64,000 nt of DNA from Candidatus Latescibacterota bacterium (GTDB taxonomy: Bacteria > Latescibacterota > UBA2968). This document shows positions 58,172 through 64,000 of this stretch, one piece after another; positions within the stretch are counted from its first letter, which is position 1; each line of letters opens with the position of its first letter. Made by a program: the position numbers and the translations under genes. The notes below the pieces were generated by a model. It was not told the origin of the DNA and searched no databases. It worked only from the letters and a program-made list of their open reading frames with translations. The stretch lies in contig OZ242010.1 of the NCBI GenBank assembly GCA_965204745.1, forward strand, positions 992,001 through 1,056,000, given 5' to 3'.

Positions 58172-59438
58172 TGTCGTTTTATACGAAGACCCCGGCTGGC
58201 AACGCCTGCTGCCGTTGGTTTATTTGCGCGCCGCGTTTCAACTGCGCTGTGGGATGCGCGATTTGTTGGGCCGAGTGCGGGATTTGGCCGGGGCATCGCC
58301 GATGCTCTGGTGCAGAAGCGAATTGGCGCGGGTTGTGGCCGAGCAAACCGGGTTGCCCACCAATGGCGCGATAGCCGCGAATACCCTGTTGCTCAATGGC
58401 CGCGGGATATGGCGTTCCCTACCGCGGGCAACCCCGGGCGACGGGGCATGGGTGGGCGTGGTCAAGGGGCAAATCGCGTGCGTGTTTGCCGATGCCGCGC
58501 TGGTCGCAAAACTGAGTCCCGACGTCTTGCGAGACGAAGCGCGAACGCACGCTGTGCTCGCGGGTGTGCCGCAGCGTGAGGTGGGCGCCAGGGTGCAACT
58601 CATCTCCTATCCGTGGGAACTCGTGCAGGCCAACGAAGCGGCGCTGCGAGACGATTGGAACCGGGTCGCGCAGTCGGGCGTCTTTGGACGGGTTGACCGC
58701 GGCAGCTATTTGTTGAATGCGTCGGCGATTTTTGTCGGCGAAGGCTCGCGCATCAAGCCCTGTGTGGTCATCGACGCCGAAGAGGGGCCCGTGTGGATTG
58801 GCGAACAGGTGCAAATTATGCCGCATGTGTCCATCCAGGGGCCGGCCTGTATTGGCGATGGCAGTTTGATACAAGCCGGCGCGGTTGTACACGAGGGCAC
58901 GACGATTGGGCCGGTGTGCAAGGTGGGCGGCGAGATTGAGGCGAGCATTCTCCACGGGTATTCCAACAAGCAACACGATGGCTTTTTGGGCCATAGCTAC
59001 GTGGGGCAATGGGTCAATATTGCGGCGGATTGCATCAACAGCGATTTGAAAAACACGTATGGCAACGTGCGCGTGCCGATCAATGGGTACGAGGTGGATA
59101 CGGGCGAACAATTTGTGGGCATGTTTGTGGGCGATCACAGCAAAGCCGGGATCAATGTGAGTTTTCCCACGGGCGCCGTGGTGGGCTTTTGCAGCAGCGT
59201 ATTCGCGCCTGTGAGTCCCAAATTTGTACCGAGTTTTACTTGGATCGACGGCCACCGCGTTGAACGCTACGACGAACAGCGGGGCATTGCCATCGGCAAA
59301 AAAGTGATGGCGCGGCGCAATCGGACGATGGGCACGGCAGAAGAACGCGCCTTCTTGTCAGCCGTGCGCCAAGCCCTCGCGATTGAATGCCAGCCATTGG
59401 ATTCGGAGTTGCTGGCGCAGGGTGAACGCCGCGGATAA
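58164..59438 (+). CDS. GlmU-related sugar nucleotidyl/acetyltransferase with hexapeptide repeats
   Basis: LLPL...R..FQLRCG, left-handed beta-helix, SNKQHDGFLGHSYVG, SDLKNTY; TTG start overlapping glmS stop. Confidence 0.85.
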   Translation: MNNVVLYEDPGWQRLLPLVYLRAAFQLRCGMRDLLGRVRDLAGASPMLWCRSELARVVAEQTGLPTNGAIAANTLLLNGRGIWRSLPRATPGDGAWVGVVKGQIACVFADAALVAKLSPDVLRDEARTHAVLAGVPQREVGARVQLISYPWELVQANEAALRDDWNRVAQSGVFGRVDRGSYLLNASAIFVGEGSRIKPCVVIDAEEGPVWIGEQVQIMPHVSIQGPACIGDGSLIQAGAVVHEGTTIGPVCKVGGEIEASILHGYSNKQHDGFLGHSYVGQWVNIAADCINSDLKNTYGNVRVPINGYEVDTGEQFVGMFVGDHSKAGINVSFPTGAVVGFCSSVFAPVSPKFVPSFTWIDGHRVERYDEQRGIAIGKKVMARRNRTMGTAEERAFLSAVRQALAIECQPLDSELLAQGERRG

Positions 59439-59468
59439 ACGCAGATCAACGAGAAGAGAGGAAGTCAA

Positions 59469-61295
59469 ATGCGCCGATCAACCCCTCAACCCCTCCGTGA
59501 CCTGTATCTCCTCGCGTTGCTCCTCCTTGCCCCCCCGGCAATGGCGCAACTCTCGCCTGTGCAGATCGACGAGGAACTCAATCGCGCAATGGTGCTCGAA
59601 GCCAAAAAGGACTGGGCCGGCGCCATCGGCATTTACCAACGCCTGTGCGATCAACTGCCCCATCGCGGCGATTTGGTTTCGCGCCTCGAATCCGCGCTGT
59701 CTCGGGCCGGGAGATATGCCGAGGCTGCGGCCTTGATGCGCCAACGCTTGGCGGTCGATCCAAACGATGTGGATGCACGCTTGCGCCTTGGGCAGGCCCT
59801 GCTCGCATTGGGCGAAGTGGATTCCGCGGGCGCGCATTGGGATCGCTTGCTTCAACGTGCGACCACCCTGACCCCGTTTGCCATCGTTGCGGATCACTAC
59901 CGCAGGCGCAACCTGGACGCCCGCGCCGAACAGGCGTACCGGCGTGCGCGAGTCGTTTTCAAAAACCCCGCGCTTTTTGCCCGCGAACTCGCCGAACTCG
60001 CCGAACGCCAAGTGCGCTATCCGGATGCAGTGCGCGAGTACCTGATCTACGCTGCGGACAATCCCCAATACCTCCCGCTGGTCGAGGACCGGTTGCGCGA
60101 TTTTGCCCGCAATGGCGATCAACACGCCGAGGTTTTCGCGTTGTTGGCAACACCTGTCGCGCTTGCAGATCAATACCAACGCCGCCTGCTCATCGAATAC
60201 GCCCTGCCCGCCGGATTTGCCGCGCAAACGCTCGCCCTGTTGCAATCGTCCGACATGCAGGACGGGACGCACTTGTTCCGCATTGCGCGTTATAGCCTCG
60301 ATCACGACGACCCCGCAACCGCCATTGCCGCGTATCAAACCGTTCTCGACCACACGGACATCGCGGACCTCCGCGCCCGAGCACAACTGGGCCTGGGCAA
60401 GGCGTACGAACGCGCCAATCGCGCCGAGGATGCACGCGCCCAATACGCGGCCCTCATCGCGCAATACCCCGACCACGCAGACGCAGACGAAGCCCGATTC
60501 CGCCTGGGCATCATTTTGCGCGACTATCGCAATGACGCGCCCGGCGCCCAACAGGCATTTCAAACCGCGATAGCCACCAACCGCCGCAACACCTGGCGAT
60601 ACAAAGCCCTGTTCGCGCTCGCCGAAGGCCATCTTCAAGCCGACAACGCGGATGCGGCCCGGCGCGTCTATCATCAAATCATCGCGGAAAGAACAAACGC
60701 CCCGGAAGAAACCGAAGCGCGTTTTCACTTGGCCGAATTGCACTTTTTGTACTCGGAGATCAGCGACGCACAAACCGCGCTCGACCATGTGCTCAAAGCC
60801 GAGGCCAACCGCGACATCATCAACGACGCCATCGCCCTGTCCGCCCTGCTGCAAGAAGGCATGCGCGCCGATTCGACCCTCATCCGCACGTACTCCCGCA
60901 CTTGTCTCAAATCGCGCCAAAAGGATCACGCAGGTGCATTGCGCGATTTTGAAGCCCTGTACCGCGCCCATCCGCAGTCCTTTCTCGCGGATCGCTTGCT
61001 CGATCATCAGGCCAAAATACTCGCGGATCAAAAACGCTATTCGCAGGCCCTTCAGACCTATCGCCAACTCGTCGCAACGCACCCCCACAGCCCGCTCTGC
61101 CCTGCGGCCCACATCGCCCAAGGCGCGATTTACGACCGCCACTTGGGACAATATTACGACGCGCAACAGGTGTACGAAACCCTGCTCATCACCTATCCCC
61201 TCAGCCTCGAAGCCGACCTCGCCCGCGAACACCTGCGGATGCTGGAGCGGAAAATCCAGAACATCAAAAAAACAACCACAGATGAACGCGGATGA
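59469..61295 (+). CDS. Exported tetratricopeptide-repeat protein
   Basis: Signal peptide; repeated A...LG/A...Y...YP TPR pattern. Confidence 0.85.
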   Translation: MRRSTPQPLRDLYLLALLLLAPPAMAQLSPVQIDEELNRAMVLEAKKDWAGAIGIYQRLCDQLPHRGDLVSRLESALSRAGRYAEAAALMRQRLAVDPNDVDARLRLGQALLALGEVDSAGAHWDRLLQRATTLTPFAIVADHYRRRNLDARAEQAYRRARVVFKNPALFARELAELAERQVRYPDAVREYLIYAADNPQYLPLVEDRLRDFARNGDQHAEVFALLATPVALADQYQRRLLIEYALPAGFAAQTLALLQSSDMQDGTHLFRIARYSLDHDDPATAIAAYQTVLDHTDIADLRARAQLGLGKAYERANRAEDARAQYAALIAQYPDHADADEARFRLGIILRDYRNDAPGAQQAFQTAIATNRRNTWRYKALFALAEGHLQADNADAARRVYHQIIAERTNAPEETEARFHLAELHFLYSEISDAQTALDHVLKAEANRDIINDAIALSALLQEGMRADSTLIRTYSRTCLKSRQKDHAGALRDFEALYRAHPQSFLADRLLDHQAKILADQKRYSQALQTYRQLVATHPHSPLCPAAHIAQGAIYDRHLGQYYDAQQVYETLLITYPLSLEADLAREHLRMLERKIQNIKKTTTDERG

Positions 61296-61511
61296 AACGG
61301 ATGACGCGGATGAACGCGGATTGGGTTGGCAGATAGGGCGCGGGGAGCAGGTGACACAGACGCCGTAAGTGGGGTAAAGGACGCGGATTGGGGAGCGCAG
61401 GTGGTGCGGAGGGTATGGGTAATTGTCTGGGATCGCGGATGACGCGGATGGCGCGGATTAGGTTGGCAGGTAGAGCGCGGGGAGTAGGTGACACAGACGC
61501 CGTAAGTGGGG
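61275..61511. repeat. CGCGGAT-nonamer runs plus 37-bp direct repeat (61339-61375, 61475-61511)
   Basis: gcgcggggag(c/t)aggtgacacagacgccgtaagtgggg twice, each preceded by acgcggatg runs. Confidence 0.8.
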
Positions 61512-61598
61512 CAAAGAACTTGGTATTAGATTTGCCTTGTCGCGTAAGTTGTTCAAGAAATCGTCATTTTGGGTTAAACACTTTTGAGGGGAAATGGT

Positions 61599-62330
61599 GT
61601 GAAAAAAAAGAGGGTGTTGATTACGGGTGCTGCTGGACGCATTGGCAAAGTGCTCACAGATGGTTTGCACGAGCGGTATCGGTTGCGGGTGTTGTATCAC
61701 CGCACGGTTTTGGAGCAGAAGTACGCCGAGGAAGTGATGGTCGCAAACATCGCGGATTTGGACAAAATGGAAGCGGCTGTGGCTGGGATGGATGCCGTGG
61801 TCCACATGGCGGGCAATCCGTCTGGTGGCGCGACATTTGAAGAAACCGTCACGGCAAATATCATCGGCACGCACAATATCTACGAGGCGTGCAAGCGCGA
61901 GGGGGTGAAGCGGGTGATTTTTGCCAGCACCAACCACGTCACCGGCATGTACGAAAAGAAAGGGCCCATTTACACAACTTGGGACATGCCCGTGCGCCCG
62001 GACAGTTACTACGGCGCGAGCAAGGCTTATGGCGAAGCACTCGGGCGATATTACGTGGATGAATACGGCCTGTCCGTGATCTGCCACCGCATTGGGTCCT
62101 TTCAACCGGTGTCCTCGGTCATCAACCGAAAAGGGGATCGCATTTTATCGACCTGGCTGAGTTACAAAGACACCGTGCAACTGACGTGGCGCAGCATTGA
62201 CGCGCCCGAGCACATTGATTTTGCGATCTACTACGGCATCTCGGGCAACACGCGCGCGTATTTTGATATTCAAAACGCCCGCGACGAGATAGGGTATGAG
62301 CCGGTGGATAATGCGGAGGATTATGTGTAG
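61599..62330 (+). CDS. NAD-dependent epimerase/dehydratase (uronate dehydrogenase-like)
   Basis: ITGAAGRIG, ASTNH, YYGASK, RIGS. Confidence 0.88.
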   Translation: MKKKRVLITGAAGRIGKVLTDGLHERYRLRVLYHRTVLEQKYAEEVMVANIADLDKMEAAVAGMDAVVHMAGNPSGGATFEETVTANIIGTHNIYEACKREGVKRVIFASTNHVTGMYEKKGPIYTTWDMPVRPDSYYGASKAYGEALGRYYVDEYGLSVICHRIGSFQPVSSVINRKGDRILSTWLSYKDTVQLTWRSIDAPEHIDFAIYYGISGNTRAYFDIQNARDEIGYEPVDNAEDYV

Positions 62331-62549
62331 AGTGGAAGGGCCACAAAAAACACGTACAGGGTACAACTGGCGATAGCCCGTTCAAAGGCGAGCAACGTGT
62401 ATAGGGGCTATGCCCCGCGCTCGCCCAAAGATACAAGAAGTAGTCAGTGGTCAGTCCCCACCCGACCCTACCGCCCAAGTAGTCAGTGGTCAGTCCCCGC
62501 CCAACCCCCACCGCTATATTCGTTAGAATTAGACAACTGACAACTGACA

Positions 62550-63533
62550 ATGCGAATCAAGAGTAGAAAGCGAGTAAGAAGCAAGCCGCGGTCAATCGCC
62601 CAAAGACATGAACGAGTAAGCCCTCATAGGATCGTACCCGAGACGCCATCGAGATGTTTGTCTTTCGTTCAATCCAACTAAACAAGGCCTCAATCGGCTG
62701 TCGTATGCTCGAAACCGCCCGAGAAAAGTCTTTTTCGGCCTCGGTCAGGCTTTCTTGCCCCTTCTTGCGCTTCACCGGCGTCTCGAAGATCAGGTTCTGT
62801 TGCTTGCTAAGCGTATCTTTTAAGGGCTGATCGGCGTAGATTTTATCGCCGTAGAGGTGTCCATCCCGCAAAACGGGTAAGACTTGTCGCAAAGCGGTCA
62901 GGTCATGCTCTGCTGCGCCTGTCAAGCCGAAGTACTCTGCTTTGGGCAGGCCATTCTCGCGGTCTTGTGCGACAATGTGAAGTTTGGTGCCGTAATACCA
63001 CATCTTTTTGGAAGCGCAACGGCCTTTGTTGGCTAGTTGTTCTTCGGCCACACATGCCTTTCCGCTACGTGCCGATTGTGCCATGACAATCGGCATGGAA
63101 TCCACCAAGTAGGTGTGTTCAGAGACATCGGTTGCGGGACTATCCTTTTGGATTTGTTCAATCAATGGGGCGAAGACCACACACAAACGGTTCAACCGCT
63201 GGATATAGCCTGCATAAGTGGGCAGATGGGGAAACCAGTCGGAAAGATGATCCTTGGTATAGGTATAAATCGCCTTGATCTGCGTGTGTTGTTGCATGAT
63301 CCCAAACAGATAGATCGTCAGCACTTCTTCATCTGTGAAGGTCGGCGTGTCGTTATTGCTCATGCGTTCCGTATAAAACCACAGATGCTTTTGGTCATAC
63401 TGCTGACAAATATAGACATACAAGTGAATGAGTTTATCTTGCCAATCCATCGCGTGCTCCTTCCTTTGAGGGTGAAATGATTGAGCCCGCAAGAAAAGAC
63501 AAGTACGCGATGGATTCAACTCTTAATTCGCAT
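62550..63533 (-). mobile_element. IS982-family insertion sequence (~984 bp), apparently complete
   Basis: Terminal IRs atgcgaatcaagagtagaa / ttcaactcttaattcgcat; flanked by (caactga)n with a possible TGACA duplication. Confidence 0.88.
62557..63450 (-). CDS. IS982-family DDE transposase
   Basis: FTDEEVLTI, VDSMPI, YYGTKLH, GDKIY, RQPIEALF. Confidence 0.92.
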   Translation of the reverse strand: MDWQDKLIHLYVYICQQYDQKHLWFYTERMSNNDTPTFTDEEVLTIYLFGIMQQHTQIKAIYTYTKDHLSDWFPHLPTYAGYIQRLNRLCVVFAPLIEQIQKDSPATDVSEHTYLVDSMPIVMAQSARSGKACVAEEQLANKGRCASKKMWYYGTKLHIVAQDRENGLPKAEYFGLTGAAEHDLTALRQVLPVLRDGHLYGDKIYADQPLKDTLSKQQNLIFETPVKRKKGQESLTEAEKDFSRAVSSIRQPIEALFSWIERKTNISMASRVRSYEGLLVHVFGRLTAACFLLAFYS

Positions 63534-63554
63534 TGACAACTGACAACTGACAAC

Positions 63555-63984
63555 GGCGTTGTTGCATAAATGTTGTCGTGGCGAAGTTCGTCCCTTTCCC
63601 GCTTGACGCAGGGGCAAGGCATAGACCAAGCGCAACATCAACGCCGTTTGAATAGCCAAATCAAAAAAGGTGTATGGCCTCTCCCGTTGCGTTGGCCCTT
63701 GATGGTACCACCCCCGAAGGGCTTGCGGTGTAATCCAAAACGTCAGACTGCCCCGCTGCTTGAGACCGGCCTCGTAGGCCGCCCAGTTCCGAACCCGATA
63801 GACAGGCGCACAGCGAGGGCGACGCGGGGACTTGACGGCGGTCTTGGAAGCGGTTATCTTGGGCATGACAGGTTCCTGGTGAGAAAGGGTGAGTGGTTTC
63901 GGTGATCTATATGCCCAATCTACGAAGGAGCCTGTCTTTTTGCAATCCCAACTCGCAGGCAATAGCGATTTATGCAACAACGCC
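63555..63984 (-). mobile_element. Internally deleted IS5-family (IS903-like) element, ~430 bp
   Basis: 17-bp IRs ggcgttgttgcataaat / atttatgcaacaacgcc; fragment YRVRNWAAYEAGLKQRGSLTFW...LPLRQ lacking the DDE core. Confidence 0.85.
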
Positions 63985-64000
63985 GTTGTCAGTTGTCAAT

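Noticed and set aside
59478-61232. 584-aa antisense ORF (and similar long antisense ORFs opposite metK, kinase, UvrD)
   Set aside because: Shadow frames of GC-rich coding genes, with no recognisable motifs.
61275-61511. Mini-CRISPR (37-bp direct repeat twice)
   Set aside because: Only two copies, ~100-bp spacer made partly of microsatellite modules, no cas genes.

Overview
64 kb of a moderately high-GC bacterial chromosome. The gene content (several PhyH-family dioxygenases, a sulfatase, sugar-acid dehydratases, group II GGGP synthase, large Alu-type SRP RNA, LpxH) suggests a diderm FCB-related heterotroph, possibly a Latescibacterota/Gemmatimonadota-like host-associated lineage; this is inference only. 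The core is a long minus-strand housekeeping block: tadA, tRNA-Ser x2, tRNA-Ala, SRP RNA, dnaX, ybaB, recR, pgsA, pgpA, recA, recX, alaS, GGGPS, pfkB, ptsH, ptsI, metK. Also present are glmS, lpxH, an NtrY/NtrX-like pair, an AddB-like nuclease, a DUF433/PIN toxin-antitoxin pair, an SfiI-family R-M system, one apparently intact IS982 and several IS remnants. Most notable: (1) a PhyH-fold Fe/2OG enzyme whose HxD iron motif is HxG, the halogenase signature, next to a close HxD paralog; (2) a tandem array of three near-identical signal peptide/coiled-coil/TM genes with 5, 3 and 2 copies of an 11-aa repeat, inserted between ybaB and recR; (3) a low-GC double-glycine-leader peptide with a possible immunity gene; (4) a UvrD helicase with an inserted DEDDh domain lacking most catalytic residues; (5) an RpiB-like protein with a microcompartment-type encapsulation peptide and no catalytic Cys; (6) a modular intergenic repeat system (heptamer and nonamer microsatellites, REP-like palindromes, IS982-derived miniature elements, a ~334-bp dispersed repeat). 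All calls come from reading the sequence; no searches were run.
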